DNA from: Syntrophobacterales bacterium
GTDB lineage: Bacteria; Desulfobacterota; Syntrophia; Syntrophales; UBA2210
Assembly (NCBI GenBank): GCA_018433345.1
Contig: JAHDRK010000007.1
Location: 20,135 to 84,134, forward strand
Length of the DNA: 64,000 bases
Direction: 5' to 3'
How positions within the stretch are numbered: the first letter of the stretch is position 1; each line of letters begins with the position of its first letter. The notes under the pieces were generated by a model that saw nothing but the letters and a program-made list of their open reading frames with translations, made no database searches and was not told where the DNA came from. Below are positions 39,802 to 50,312 of the stretch, one piece after another. The translations under genes and the position numbers were made by a program.

Positions 39802-40979
39802 AAACACTGTCCATACTAGGTTCAACGGGATCCATAGGGACGAACGCACTCGATGTAATCGACCGCCATCGATCTCTTTTTGCCGTGGTGGGCCTTGCCG
39901 CCCATCGAAACATCGCGCTTTTGAAGGAACAGATAGAGCGTTTTCATCCGACCGTCGTGGCGGTTGCCGACGAAGAAAGGGCGGTGTCGCTGGAGGACAT
40001 GCTTGGCGGACCGGAGAGGCCCGCCGTGTTGTTTGGATCGGAAGGTTACCGCGAAATCGCGTCACTGGAAAGTGTCGACATGGTACTGTCGGCCATGTCC
40101 GGCGCGGCGGGACTCCTCCCCACCATCGCCGCGCTCGAATCGGGGAAGGACGTCGCCTTGGCCAACAAGGAAACGCTTGTCATGGCCGGCGATAAGGTCC
40201 TCGCCCTTGCGGAGTCGAAGGGCGCGAGGGTCCTGCCCGTGGACAGCGAGCACAACGCCATCTTCCAGTGTCTCGAGGGGCATTCCAGGGGGAACGTCTC
40301 CAAGCTGATTCTCACGGCCTCGGGGGGGCCTTTTCTTTATCGCGACGCCGGAGACCTGGTTTCGGTGACGCCCAAGGATGCCCTGAAGCATCCCAACTGG
40401 GAGATGGGAAGCAAGATAACCATTGACTCGGCAACGATGATGAACAAGGGCCTGGAAATTATAGAGGCCATGAGGCTTTTTTCCATCGGAGCGGACAGGA
40501 TCGAGGTGGTTGTTCACCCGGAGAGCATAGTCCATTCCGTGGTTGCGTACTGCGATGGGTCGCACCTGGCACAGCTCGGCATTCCCGACATGAGGATTCC
40601 CATAGCTTACGCGCTGGCCTACCCGGAACGCATCACCCTATCCCTGCAGGAGCTCGATCTTTTTGCCGTTGGGAGGTTGACCTTTCTTCCTCCGGACCTG
40701 GACAAGTTTCCCTGTCTCAGGATAGCCCGTAGCGCTGCGGAAAGGGGAGGGACGGCCCCCGCGGTTTTGAACGCGGCCAACGAGATAGCGGTGGAGGCCT
40801 TTCTCGGCGGGCGCATAGGGTTTATGGATATAGCGAAGATTGTTGAAGAAACGCTGTGCCTGCATGAGATACGGAAATCGCCGGCCATCGACCAGGTAAT
40901 AGAGGCAGATGCCTGGGCCCGCGCGAAGGCGGCCGAGTTGGCAAGTTCCCCCTTGGCCGGCGCCGCAAGCCCGAAGTGA
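39798..40979 (+). CDS. dxr: 1-deoxy-D-xylulose-5-phosphate reductoisomerase
   Basis: LSILGSTGSIGTNALDV, LANKE and NAANE motifs. The ATG overlaps the cdsA stop. Confidence 0.92.
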   Translation: MKTLSILGSTGSIGTNALDVIDRHRSLFAVVGLAAHRNIALLKEQIERFHPTVVAVADEERAVSLEDMLGGPERPAVLFGSEGYREIASLESVDMVLSAMSGAAGLLPTIAALESGKDVALANKETLVMAGDKVLALAESKGARVLPVDSEHNAIFQCLEGHSRGNVSKLILTASGGPFLYRDAGDLVSVTPKDALKHPNWEMGSKITIDSATMMNKGLEIIEAMRLFSIGADRIEVVVHPESIVHSVVAYCDGSHLAQLGIPDMRIPIAYALAYPERITLSLQELDLFAVGRLTFLPPDLDKFPCLRIARSAAERGGTAPAVLNAANEIAVEAFLGGRIGFMDIAKIVEETLCLHEIRKSPAIDQVIEADAWARAKAAELASSPLAGAASPK

Positions 40980-41121
40980 AAAAGAAGAGCGGCGGGCTTG
41001 TCTGGAAGTGTAAAAGATGGTTAAAATAAAGAAGATACAAAGGGATACATCGTCGGTCATCCAGGGTGTCCGGGGAGGGTGACGGGCGGAATTTCCCGGT
41101 CGTGTAAAAAAGAGGAATATT

Positions 41122-42192
41122 TTGGCATTGGTCTATATCTTATCCGTAATCGTCGTATTGGGAATCTTGATTTTCGTTCATGAATTCGGCCACTTTATCG
41201 TGGCCAAGTGGTGCAACGTAGGGGTTCTCAAGTTTTCCTTCGGCTTTGGTCCAAGGATCGTCGGCAAAAAAATCGGGGAAACGGAGTATCTTGTTTCCGC
41301 CGTTCCCCTGGGAGGGTACGTGAAGCTCCTGGGCGAATCGGACGACGAGAAGGAGCTTCCCGAAGAAGACCTTGAACGTTCCTTCGCGCACAAGCCCGTG
41401 TCACGGAGGTTCGCCATAGTCGCCGCAGGCCCGGTGTTTAACTTTCTTTTCGCCATTATCGCCTTCGCCCTTGTTTTCATGCTCGGCGTTCCCACGCCGA
41501 CCACCCGGGTGGGGGACGTCCAGGATGAAACACCGGCGGCAAGCGCCGGCATTCAAAAAGGCGACAAAATACGACAAATTGACGGCAAACCGGTAAAGTA
41601 CTGGGAAGAGATGGCCTCGATCATCCGTTCGAGTGAGGGAAGGCCCCTGAACGTTTTAGTGGAACGGGAGGGAGAGATCCTCAACGTTCTGGTGGTGCCC
41701 CGAGAAGTCGAAGTGACCGATATATTCGGTGAAATAAAAAAATCTTACGCCATCGGCGTGGTCATGTCGGATGATATCGTCATCAAGCGTGAAAATCCCT
41801 TCCGTGCATTGATATCGGGAGTAGACCAGACATGGTGGCTTACGAAACTGGTCTTCCAGAGTATCGCTAAGATCTTTCAGCGGGTCGTCTCACCCAAGGA
41901 ACTCGCCGGTCCGGTATTTATAGCCAAAATGTCGGGAGACGCGGCGCAACAGGGACTGGCGCCTTTCATCTATTTCATCGCCTTTATAAGCGTCAACCTG
42001 GCCATACTCAACCTGTTGCCCATACCCATCCTCGACGGCGGGCATCTCATGTTTTTCCTGGTGGAAGCGGTGACGGGGCGAGAAGTGAATCGGAAGGTCC
42101 GGGAGGCGGCGCAGACCGCGGGTTTCTTTCTCCTCATGCTTTTAATACTTTGGGTCACCTTCAACGACATTCTTCGCATTCGGGGAGACTGA
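41122..42192 (+). CDS. rseP: RIP site-2 zinc metalloprotease
   Basis: HEFGHF motif in TM1, a central PDZ domain, and NLLPIPILDGGH. Confidence 0.88.
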   Translation: MALVYILSVIVVLGILIFVHEFGHFIVAKWCNVGVLKFSFGFGPRIVGKKIGETEYLVSAVPLGGYVKLLGESDDEKELPEEDLERSFAHKPVSRRFAIVAAGPVFNFLFAIIAFALVFMLGVPTPTTRVGDVQDETPAASAGIQKGDKIRQIDGKPVKYWEEMASIIRSSEGRPLNVLVEREGEILNVLVVPREVEVTDIFGEIKKSYAIGVVMSDDIVIKRENPFRALISGVDQTWWLTKLVFQSIAKIFQRVVSPKELAGPVFIAKMSGDAAQQGLAPFIYFIAFISVNLAILNLLPIPILDGGHLMFFLVEAVTGREVNRKVREAAQTAGFFLLMLLILWVTFNDILRIRGD

Positions 42193-42195
42193 TCG

Positions 42196-42876
42196 ATGGT
42201 AGTGACTCTTGCCATGGACACCTCGTCACGATCGATGAGCGTCGCACTTTTGAGGGACGAAGAGTTGCTCGCCGAGTTCTATCTCGATGCAGGCAGACGT
42301 CACGAGGAAAGCTTGGTGCCGGCGGTGGAGCACGTTCTCGACCGCGCGGGACGGGCCATGGATAATGTCGATCTTTTCGCCTGTTCCGTCGGTCCCGGTT
42401 CTTTTACGGGGTTGCGGGTGGGACTGGCCACGGCAAAGGGGTTCGCCGGGGCGCTCAGGAAGCCTTTGGTGGGCGTCTCGTCCCTGGAGGCCCTCGCACT
42501 GAACGTGATGTATTCGGAAAGAGCCGTCTGCCCGATGCTGGATGCGCGGCGCGGCGAAGTATACGCCGCCGTTTACAACGGCCTGGGGCCGGACGGTCTG
42601 CCGCGGGAAATAGTCCGCGAACAGGTGTCTGAACCGGCCTCGTTTCTGGAACAGATCGAAGGACACCTGTTGTTTGTGGGCGACGGTTCCGAGGTGTACA
42701 AGGAAGTCATTCGTGACATACTGGGGGAAAGGGCTCATTTCGCCGGATCGGCGGCTGACCGTATTCGAGCGTCGGTTATAGGACGGATAGGATTGAAAAA
42801 AAGAGACGCTGATGATACAGGCGATATTTACGCATTGACGCCGCGCTACCTGAGACCCTCTTACGTAGGACTGTAA
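42196..42876 (+). CDS. tsaB: tRNA t6A biosynthesis protein TsaB (YeaZ)
   Basis: LAMDTSS...VGPGSFTGLRVGLATAKG. Confidence 0.85.
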   Translation: MVVTLAMDTSSRSMSVALLRDEELLAEFYLDAGRRHEESLVPAVEHVLDRAGRAMDNVDLFACSVGPGSFTGLRVGLATAKGFAGALRKPLVGVSSLEALALNVMYSERAVCPMLDARRGEVYAAVYNGLGPDGLPREIVREQVSEPASFLEQIEGHLLFVGDGSEVYKEVIRDILGERAHFAGSAADRIRASVIGRIGLKKRDADDTGDIYALTPRYLRPSYVGL

Positions 42877-42944
42877 GGATCGGTTTTCGACGGTTGGTTA
42901 CCGGTGGATCTGGAGTTTCGGGAAGGAGTACGGGGAAAGAGGGC

Positions 42945-43589
42945 ATGAAAAACAGGACATACCTAATCGTTCCGGAAGCGCTCCGCTTTTTCCTTCCGCC
43001 TGCCGTGGCCGCCCTTGCATGCGCCTATCTCGGTTGGCCCGTTTTCGCCCTTGTCTTTGTGTTTGCGGCGCTCTTTGTACTATGGTTCTTTCGAAACCCG
43101 GAGCGAAAAATACCTTCTGATCCGAAGGGGGTTGTCTCGCCCGCCGACGGACGGATCCTTAAAATAGAGGAGGTAGATGATCCAGAGGGGACGTCGGGCC
43201 GCTTCAAGAAGATAAGCATATTCATGAACGTTTTTAATGTTCACGTGAACCGGGCGCCCTGTGCCGGGACGGTAATGAAAATCAGGTACTTTAAAGGCAA
43301 ATTCCTCTCGGCGAATCTGGACAAGGCGTCCCTGGAAAACGAAAGGAACGTTCTTCTTGTTTCTACAGAGGAAGGGAAAGATATATTGGTGATTCAGATC
43401 GCTGGGTTGATCGCCAGGCGTATCGTCTGCTGGGTCGAGGAGGGCATGAAGCTCGCGAAGGGCGAGCGCTTCGGCATTATATGTTTTGGTTCCCGCGTGG
43501 AGGTGCTTGTGCCCGGTGACACGATGGTCGTGGTTTCAAGGGGGGACAAGGTGACGGCGGGAGAAACAACATTGGGATATCTGACATGA
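42945..43589 (+). CDS. psd: phosphatidylserine decarboxylase (short, membrane-anchored type)
   Basis: SPADGRI, and the GSRVE region for G-S self-cleavage (FGSRV). The ATG at 42945 was chosen. Confidence 0.85.
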   Translation: MKNRTYLIVPEALRFFLPPAVAALACAYLGWPVFALVFVFAALFVLWFFRNPERKIPSDPKGVVSPADGRILKIEEVDDPEGTSGRFKKISIFMNVFNVHVNRAPCAGTVMKIRYFKGKFLSANLDKASLENERNVLLVSTEEGKDILVIQIAGLIARRIVCWVEEGMKLAKGERFGIICFGSRVEVLVPGDTMVVVSRGDKVTAGETTLGYLT

Positions 43590-44347
43590 AAACAAGCAAG
43601 AGAAGAGACCACGATTCTCTGAAAAGGGGCATTTATATTTTGCCGAACCTATTCACAACCGTGGGGATATTTTTTGGATTTTACGCTGTCATATCGGCAA
43701 TCAACGGCCAGTTTGTCAAATCGGCTGTTTTCATACTAATCGCCGCCGTGTTGGACGGCCTCGACGGAAAAATCGCCAGGGTCACGAGGACCACCAGTCG
43801 TTTCGGAGTGGAGTACGATTCCTTGTCGGACCTGGTTTCCTTCGGCGCGGCGCCGGCGTTGTTGGTCTATCTCTGGTCCCTGGCTCCCTATGGCAGGGCC
43901 GGCTGGATTATCGCCTTTCTTTACGTTGTCTGCGGGGCCCTTCGGCTTGCCCGGTTTAACGTGCAGGCGGGCGCCCGGACAAGCAAGGTGTTTGTCGGGC
44001 TTCCCATACCGGCGGCGGCAATGGTCGTGGCGAGTACCGTCCTGTTTAGAAACTTCCTGGGTGGAACGGGGCCATTCCATCATCCCGTCGTGCCCGTGGC
44101 GATGATCTTTCTCTCTTTGCTGATGGTGAGCAACGTCCCTTATTACAGCTTCAAGGACTTGAACTTTTTCGCCAAAAAGCCTTTCATGACGCTGGTACTC
44201 ATCGTGCTCGTGTTCGTGGTCATCGTGATGCAGCCCCACGTCATGTTCTTTGTAATGGCGATGGCGTACGCCCTTTCCGGGCCTTCCTGGGTGGTGTACC
44301 GAATGATACACAAGGAGAAGATCACGGAGGAAAAACACGAATTCTGA
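43586..44347 (+). CDS. pssA: CDP-diacylglycerol--serine O-phosphatidyltransferase
   Basis: CDP-alcohol phosphatidyltransferase motif DGLDGKIAR...G.E.DSL.D. Its start overlaps the psd stop. Confidence 0.88.
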   Translation: MKTSKRRDHDSLKRGIYILPNLFTTVGIFFGFYAVISAINGQFVKSAVFILIAAVLDGLDGKIARVTRTTSRFGVEYDSLSDLVSFGAAPALLVYLWSLAPYGRAGWIIAFLYVVCGALRLARFNVQAGARTSKVFVGLPIPAAAMVVASTVLFRNFLGGTGPFHHPVVPVAMIFLSLLMVSNVPYYSFKDLNFFAKKPFMTLVLIVLVFVVIVMQPHVMFFVMAMAYALSGPSWVVYRMIHKEKITEEKHEF

Positions 44348-44538
44348 GACTAAAAACCCATTCTGGAAAAGATTGATAGACTCGCGAAAAATCGAAGATT
44401 GTATTTTTTGTTGCCCCGGCCGAGGCGTGGCGAAGTGTATTCATGTCTAGTCCGGCATGATGTTTTTGGATTTTTTAGAATCGTGTCAAAATTAAACAGT
44501 TGATGTCATAAAACGATTATACATAGGCAGAGGTACCC

Positions 44539-45558
44539 ATGAAAAAATTCAATGTGGCGGTTGTCGGCGCTACGGGCGCCGTGGGAAACGAAATGATTAA
44601 AATTCTGGAAGAACGGGATTTCCCGGTCGACAGGATATTGCTCCTGGCCTCGGAACGATCCCGGGGAAAAGAGCTGATCTTCAGGGGCGTCCCCCACCCG
44701 GTAGAGACGCTGACCGAGGGGTCTTTTGATGGAATCGACATCGGTCTCTTTTCGCCGGGTGGATCCATAAGCAAGCGTTTCGCCCCGGCGGCGGCCGGGA
44801 CGGGTTGCGTCGTCATAGACAACACGAGCGCCTTCCGCATGGAGCCGGATGTTCCCCTGGTCGTCCCGGAGGTCAACCCCGAAGATATAGCTCAATATAC
44901 CAACAGGAATATAATCGCCAATCCCAATTGTTCGACAATTCAGATGCTCGTGGCGCTGAAGCCCATATACGATGCCGTGGGCATCGAGCGGATAGTGGTT
45001 TCCACTTACCAGGCCGTCTCGGGGACGGGTAAGGAAGCCGTCGTGGAGCTGGAAGATCAGTCACGGGCGATCCTTGAGGGGAAAGAGGTGAAACCGGCGG
45101 TCTATCCCCACGTAATCGCCTTCAACTGTCTTCCGCACATCGACGATTTTCTCGACAGCGGATATACCAAGGAAGAGATGAAGATGGTCAACGAAACCAG
45201 GAAAATGCTGCATGATCCTTCGATCGGCGTGACGGCGACAGCCGTCAGGGTTCCCGTTTTCTACGGTCATTCTGAATCGATAAATATAGAAACGAAGAAA
45301 AAAATCACCGCCGGAGAAGTGCGGAAGTTGCTCGAAAACGCTCCGGGGATCAAGGTTGTCGACGAACCCGCGAAATTCGAATATCCCCTCGCCATAGAGG
45401 CTGTGGGCAAAAACGAGACCTTCGTGGGACGCATCAGGGAAGATGAATCCATCGATCGGGGGATCAACCTTTGGGTTGTATCCGACAATACAAGAAAGGG
45501 GGCGGCACTGAACGCCGTACAGATTGCCGAGATTCTCGTTGAGCGCTATCTGTCATGA
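44539..45558 (+). CDS. asd: aspartate-semialdehyde dehydrogenase
   Basis: VAVVGATGAVG, active-site NPNCSTI, and SDNTRKGAALNAVQIAE. Confidence 0.92.
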   Translation: MKKFNVAVVGATGAVGNEMIKILEERDFPVDRILLLASERSRGKELIFRGVPHPVETLTEGSFDGIDIGLFSPGGSISKRFAPAAAGTGCVVIDNTSAFRMEPDVPLVVPEVNPEDIAQYTNRNIIANPNCSTIQMLVALKPIYDAVGIERIVVSTYQAVSGTGKEAVVELEDQSRAILEGKEVKPAVYPHVIAFNCLPHIDDFLDSGYTKEEMKMVNETRKMLHDPSIGVTATAVRVPVFYGHSESINIETKKKITAGEVRKLLENAPGIKVVDEPAKFEYPLAIEAVGKNETFVGRIREDESIDRGINLWVVSDNTRKGAALNAVQIAEILVERYLS

Positions 45559-45564
45559 TATTCG

Positions 45565-46116
45565 ATGAAAGTGATAAGGGGAAAGGCCGGCGGCCGGACG
45601 TTGAAAGCTCCCAAAACAGGCCGGCTCAGGATAACATCCGACCTGGTCAAGGAGGCTCTCTTCAATATTCTTGGGCCCATGGAAGGTTTGGCCTTTCTCG
45701 ACATGTTCGCCGGGTCCGGTAACGTGGGTATCGAAGCCCTCAGCCGTGGAGCGCGGCCGGTCGTTTTTGTGGAAAGAGATTCGAGGCACCTGGCGACGGC
45801 GAGACAAAATCTCGATACATGCGGTTTCGGCGGCGGCTTTGAAATAATCGCCGCGTCGTATGAACGGTCCCTGAAAGGCCTTGGCGAGCGTGGGGATCGT
45901 TTCGATGTGATATTCGCCGATCCACCGTACGACAAGGGGCTTGTGGAATCTTTTCTGGACAATTTGGCAGGCAGTCCCATACTTTCGCGGGACTGTGTCG
46001 TTGTGGTGGAACACTCCTCGCGGGAGGCGTGTCTGGGGAACGAAGGTTTAGAGGTTTACGACGAGCGGACTTATGGAGACACGGTTCTTTCGTTTCTGAA
46101 ACCCACATATCGATAA
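45565..46116 (+). CDS. rsmD: 16S rRNA (guanine966-N2)-methyltransferase
   Basis: LDMFAGSGNVGIEALSRGA and ADPPY motifs. Confidence 0.85.
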   Translation: MKVIRGKAGGRTLKAPKTGRLRITSDLVKEALFNILGPMEGLAFLDMFAGSGNVGIEALSRGARPVVFVERDSRHLATARQNLDTCGFGGGFEIIAASYERSLKGLGERGDRFDVIFADPPYDKGLVESFLDNLAGSPILSRDCVVVVEHSSREACLGNEGLEVYDERTYGDTVLSFLKPTYR

Positions 46117-46135
46117 TCATGACAAGGAGGGCGCA

Positions 46136-46654
46136 ATGGGAAAAACAGCCGTATATCCGGGTTCATTCGATCCCATCACCAACGGCCATATCGACATAAT
46201 AAACAGGGGTCTAAGGATATTCGACAAGATTATTATCGCCATCGGGAACAATCCTGCAAAGGCGGCGCTTTTCACCGTGGAAGAAAGGAAAGAGATGATT
46301 CGGGGTCTTATCGGCGACAGCGATAGGTTGCAGGTGGCGGAATATTCCGGTCTTCTGGTGGATTTCGTCGCCGAGGTGAAGGCCCACGCTATCCTCAGGG
46401 GACTGCGGGCCATGTCGGATTTCGAATACGAGTTCCAGCTCGCCCTTATGAACCGGAGACTGGACAGAAAAATAGAAACGGTCTTTCTCATGACGGGATC
46501 GAAGTGGTTTTACTGCAACTCCCGGATCATCAAGGAGGCGGCAAGCTTCGGTGGTTCGGTGCGCGGAATGGTGCCCGACGATGTGCTCCAGCGACTCAAA
46601 GAAAAATTTCCACTCCTAAGAGACAATAACAACAGAAAGAGACAGCAGGGCTGA
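46136..46654 (+). CDS. coaD: phosphopantetheine adenylyltransferase
   Basis: AVYPGSFDPITNGHID and RGLRAMSDFEYE. Confidence 0.92.
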   Translation: MGKTAVYPGSFDPITNGHIDIINRGLRIFDKIIIAIGNNPAKAALFTVEERKEMIRGLIGDSDRLQVAEYSGLLVDFVAEVKAHAILRGLRAMSDFEYEFQLALMNRRLDRKIETVFLMTGSKWFYCNSRIIKEAASFGGSVRGMVPDDVLQRLKEKFPLLRDNNNRKRQQG

Positions 46655-46752
46655 AATTCGCAGCAACAACAAGCGCCCGGCGACCCCGGAACGGTTGAAG
46701 CCGGCTTAGTGGGAGCTTCCACGTAGACGATGACAGGAGGAAGAGGAATTTA

Positions 46753-47946
46753 ATGAAACTGGCCGAAAGAGCGAACAGGATCAAGCCGTCACCTACGCTG
46801 GCCATATCGGCGAAGGCCGCCGCCATGCGAGCCGAGGGTAGAGATGTCATTAGTTTCGGCGCCGGGGAGCCGGATTTCGATACGCCCGAGCACATCAAGA
46901 GGGCGGCGGTGAAGGCTCTCGAGGAAGGGTTCACCAAGTACACACCCGCTTCCGGCACGGACGAGTTGAAGGAAGCGATCGTGGAGAAGCTCGAGATAGA
47001 TAACGGTCTCTCGTACGAGAAGGCGAATATCTGCGTGTCCTGCGGCGCCAAGCACGCCATCTACAACATCGCCCAGGTGCTGTTCGAGGAAGGCGACGAG
47101 GTGATCGTGCCCGCGCCGTACTGGGTTTCCTATCCCGATATAATCGTACTTGCCGACGCGACCCCCGTCATTCTTCCAACCAAGGAAAAAAACGAGTTCA
47201 AAATGACGCCCGCCGAACTGGAAACGGCCGTGACTTCTTCGACGAAGGCGGTGATAATAAACAGTCCTTCAAATCCCACCGGTTCGGCCTATAACATGGA
47301 AGAGCTGCGGGAGCTGGGAGAGGTGATAAAAAGACACGACCTCATAGTCATCACCGACGATATTTATGAAAAGATAATCTACGATGGGCTGATCTTCGCG
47401 ACCATGGCCCAGGTGGATGACGAGCTCAAGGAAAGGACGATCGTCGTGAACGGCGTATCAAAGTCGCACTCGATGACGGGGTGGCGCATCGGGTACGCCG
47501 CCGGCCCGAAAGAAATCATTGCCGCGGCCTCGAAGCTGCAGAGCCAGAACACGTCGAATCCAAACTCCATAGCCCAGAAGGCCGCGGTGGCGGCACTTAG
47601 GGGTGACCAGGGTCCTACGGAGCGCATGGTTTCCGAGTTTGAGAAGAGGCGCCATTTCATTGTCGAGAGACTGAACCGATTGCCGGGGGTGAGTTGCATG
47701 AAACCCCGAGGGGCCTTCTACGTCTTTCCCAATGTATCGGGGACTTACGGCAAGTCCGCGGGCGGCCACGGGGTGGAGAACTCGGCGTCTCTTACGGCCT
47801 ACCTGCTGGACGTGGCCGAAATCGCGGTCGTTCCCGGGGTGGAGTTCGGCAGCGACGACAACATCCGCCTTTCCTACGCCACTTCCATGAATAATATCGA
47901 AAGGGGCCTGGAGAGAATGGAAAAGGCGCTCGGGGCGTTGCGTTGA
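46753..47946 (+). CDS. class I pyridoxal-phosphate aminotransferase (aspartate aminotransferase type)
   Basis: NSPSNPTG and SKSHSMTGWRIGY (PLP lysine). Confidence 0.88.
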   Translation: MKLAERANRIKPSPTLAISAKAAAMRAEGRDVISFGAGEPDFDTPEHIKRAAVKALEEGFTKYTPASGTDELKEAIVEKLEIDNGLSYEKANICVSCGAKHAIYNIAQVLFEEGDEVIVPAPYWVSYPDIIVLADATPVILPTKEKNEFKMTPAELETAVTSSTKAVIINSPSNPTGSAYNMEELRELGEVIKRHDLIVITDDIYEKIIYDGLIFATMAQVDDELKERTIVVNGVSKSHSMTGWRIGYAAGPKEIIAAASKLQSQNTSNPNSIAQKAAVAALRGDQGPTERMVSEFEKRRHFIVERLNRLPGVSCMKPRGAFYVFPNVSGTYGKSAGGHGVENSASLTAYLLDVAEIAVVPGVEFGSDDNIRLSYATSMNNIERGLERMEKALGALR

Positions 47947-48098
47947 GATAGCCGCAGGCGCGATGTTCACTAGACGACATCGTAACGAGTCAAGGATCAC
48001 CATTTGCGCCGTCCTTGCGAAGGCAGGCTATAGCTGCCCGAGAGGGCTGGTCTAGAGGTTCCGGATGCCTCGCCGGGTGCGCTCGGGTGATCTCCCGC

Positions 48099-49418
48099 CT
48101 ATTCTTTCCCGCCTTTCTTCCTGAAGATCAGCCTGATCGGCACTTGGTCGAACCCAAGGTCCTCACGTATACGGTTAGTCAAGAACCGTTCGTAGGAGAA
48201 ATGTATGGCCTTGGGTTCCCGTGCGAATATAACGAAGGTGGGAGGTTTTACACCCGCCTGGGTGGCATAGGCGATGGTGTTGGCCTTGCCGCGGTAGCGG
48301 GGCGGCGGGACCTGCTTCATGAACGTTTCGAGCGACTTGTTGAGGACCGATGTGGTTACCCGCCGGGTATACCGGTCATATACATTTTCTATAATTTCGA
48401 AGATCTTCGATACGCGTTGTCCCGTGAGGGCCGAAACCGTTATGATGGGCGCGAAGCCCAGGTACTTGAGGTTTTCCCGAACGTGGCTCACATACCTTCC
48501 AAAGGTTGAATTGTCTTTTTCCAGCAGGTCCCACTTGTTGATTACGATAACGACGGCCGCTCCCCGCTCGTAGGCCAGACCGGCTATCTTCGCATCCTGT
48601 TCCGTTACCCCTTGTTCGGCATCCACGATGAGTAGCGCGACGTCGCATCTTTCAAGCGTTTTTAAAACACCCACCACGGAATAGTTTTCCACCCTGCGGC
48701 TGACCCGGTTTTTTTTCCTGATGCCCGCCGTGTCGATAAGGGTGTACTTCCTGCCTCCAACTTCGAAGGGAGTGTCGATGGGATCTCTCGTTGTACCCGG
48801 GGTGGTGTCGACAATGGTTCTCTCGTAACCGAGGAGGGCGTTTACCAGCGACGATTTTCCCACGTTCGGTCGTCCGATGACGGCGACGCGGATACGCTCT
48901 CCTTCTTCCTCTTCCTCTTCGGTCTCGGGCAGGGCTTTCACCACGTCATCCATCAAATCACCCACTCCCAGCCCGTGCTGGGCGGATATGGTGTAGATCA
49001 TGTCCACTCCCAACCGGTAAAAATCAAGGGCCTTCGGTTCCTGCTTCAGGTTGTCGATCTTGTTGACGACATAAAAGACCGGCTTTTCAGCACGTCTCAG
49101 GAGACTCGCGATTTCTTCGTCGGCGGGTGTAACGCCCGATCCTCCATCCATGATGAAGATCACGGCATCCGCCTCTTCGATTGCCATTGTGGCCTGCAGC
49201 CGCATCTGCTCCAGCAACTGTTCCTTCGACAGGGGTTCGAAGCCGCCCGTGTCGACCACCCTGAAATACCTGCCGTTCCAGTCCGATTCTCCATAGTTTC
49301 GATCCCTCGTGGCACCGGGTTCATCAATGACTATGGCCTTCTTGGTGTCGGATAGGCGATTAAACAGGGTCGACTTGCCCACGTTCGGTCGTCCCACTAT
49401 GGCTATGAGAGGTTTCAC
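48099..49418 (-). CDS. der: ribosome-biogenesis GTPase Der (EngA)
   Basis: Two GTPase domains (GRPNVGKST twice) plus a KH-like C-terminus. Confidence 0.92.
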   Translation of the reverse strand: MKPLIAIVGRPNVGKSTLFNRLSDTKKAIVIDEPGATRDRNYGESDWNGRYFRVVDTGGFEPLSKEQLLEQMRLQATMAIEEADAVIFIMDGGSGVTPADEEIASLLRRAEKPVFYVVNKIDNLKQEPKALDFYRLGVDMIYTISAQHGLGVGDLMDDVVKALPETEEEEEEGERIRVAVIGRPNVGKSSLVNALLGYERTIVDTTPGTTRDPIDTPFEVGGRKYTLIDTAGIRKKNRVSRRVENYSVVGVLKTLERCDVALLIVDAEQGVTEQDAKIAGLAYERGAAVVIVINKWDLLEKDNSTFGRYVSHVRENLKYLGFAPIITVSALTGQRVSKIFEIIENVYDRYTRRVTTSVLNKSLETFMKQVPPPRYRGKANTIAYATQAGVKPPTFVIFAREPKAIHFSYERFLTNRIREDLGFDQVPIRLIFRKKGGKE

Positions 49419-49419
49419 T

Positions 49420-50304
49420 TCAGCGGTATCCCAACTCTCGCAACATAAAATCGTCTTCGTGCCAGTCCTTTTTGACCTTCACGAACAGTTCAAGGTAGAC
49501 GCGGGTTCCGAAGAATTCTTCCATGGCCAGCCGGGCGCTCGTGCCGATCTGTTTCAGCATGGCTCCGTTTTTCCCGATGACGATCCCCTTCTGGGACTTT
49601 TTCGCCACCAGGATAGTCGCCTGGATTCGGATGAGGTTCCGCTCCTCGTCCTCCTTGAAGGAGTCGATGACCACCGCCGTGTTGTAAGGCAACTCATGGT
49701 GCGTGCGAAGAGTGATCATCTCCCTTATCATCTCGGCGGCTATGAACCGCTCGGTCACGTCTGTCATCATGTCTTCCGGGAAAAAGGGAGGCCCCTCCGG
49801 CAGTATCTTCCAGATTTCGTCGAGGAGCTTGTCGATGTTGAATCCCGTGAGCGCCGAAATTGGGATCACCGTCTCGAAAGGCGTGAGATCCTTCGCGCTT
49901 TCGATTATTTCAGGCAGGTCGCCTTTTTTTATGCGGTCGACCTTGTTGATGACCAGGATCACCGGGACGGGTTGCTTGGACAGGGATTCCGCCGTGAGAC
50001 GGTCATCGTCGGATATTTCCCTTCCCGCTTCTATCATGAACAGGATCGCGTCCACGTCGGACAATGCTTTCAGCGCAGTGGAAACCAGGGACCTTCCGAG
50101 GGCGTTTTTCGCCCTGTGAATTCCCGGCGTATCGACAAAGACGCACTGTCCTTCCGGCGCGTTCAATATCCCCGTGATCCTGTTCCTGGTGGTCTGGGCC
50201 TTGGGCGTGGTGATGGCTATTCGCTCTCCGATTATGGCGTTGAGCAACGTCGATTTCCCCACGTTGGGCTTTCCCGCGATGCCCACGTAACCCGATTTCG
50301 GCAC
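49420..50304 (-). CDS. era: GTPase Era
   Basis: GKPNVGKSTLLN, DTPG and NKVD motifs, plus a C-terminal KH domain. Confidence 0.92.
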   Translation of the reverse strand: MPKSGYVGIAGKPNVGKSTLLNAIIGERIAITTPKAQTTRNRITGILNAPEGQCVFVDTPGIHRAKNALGRSLVSTALKALSDVDAILFMIEAGREISDDDRLTAESLSKQPVPVILVINKVDRIKKGDLPEIIESAKDLTPFETVIPISALTGFNIDKLLDEIWKILPEGPPFFPEDMMTDVTERFIAAEMIREMITLRTHHELPYNTAVVIDSFKEDEERNLIRIQATILVAKKSQKGIVIGKNGAMLKQIGTSARLAMEEFFGTRVYLELFVKVKKDWHEDDFMLRELGYR

Positions 50305-50312
50305 CTCTTTTT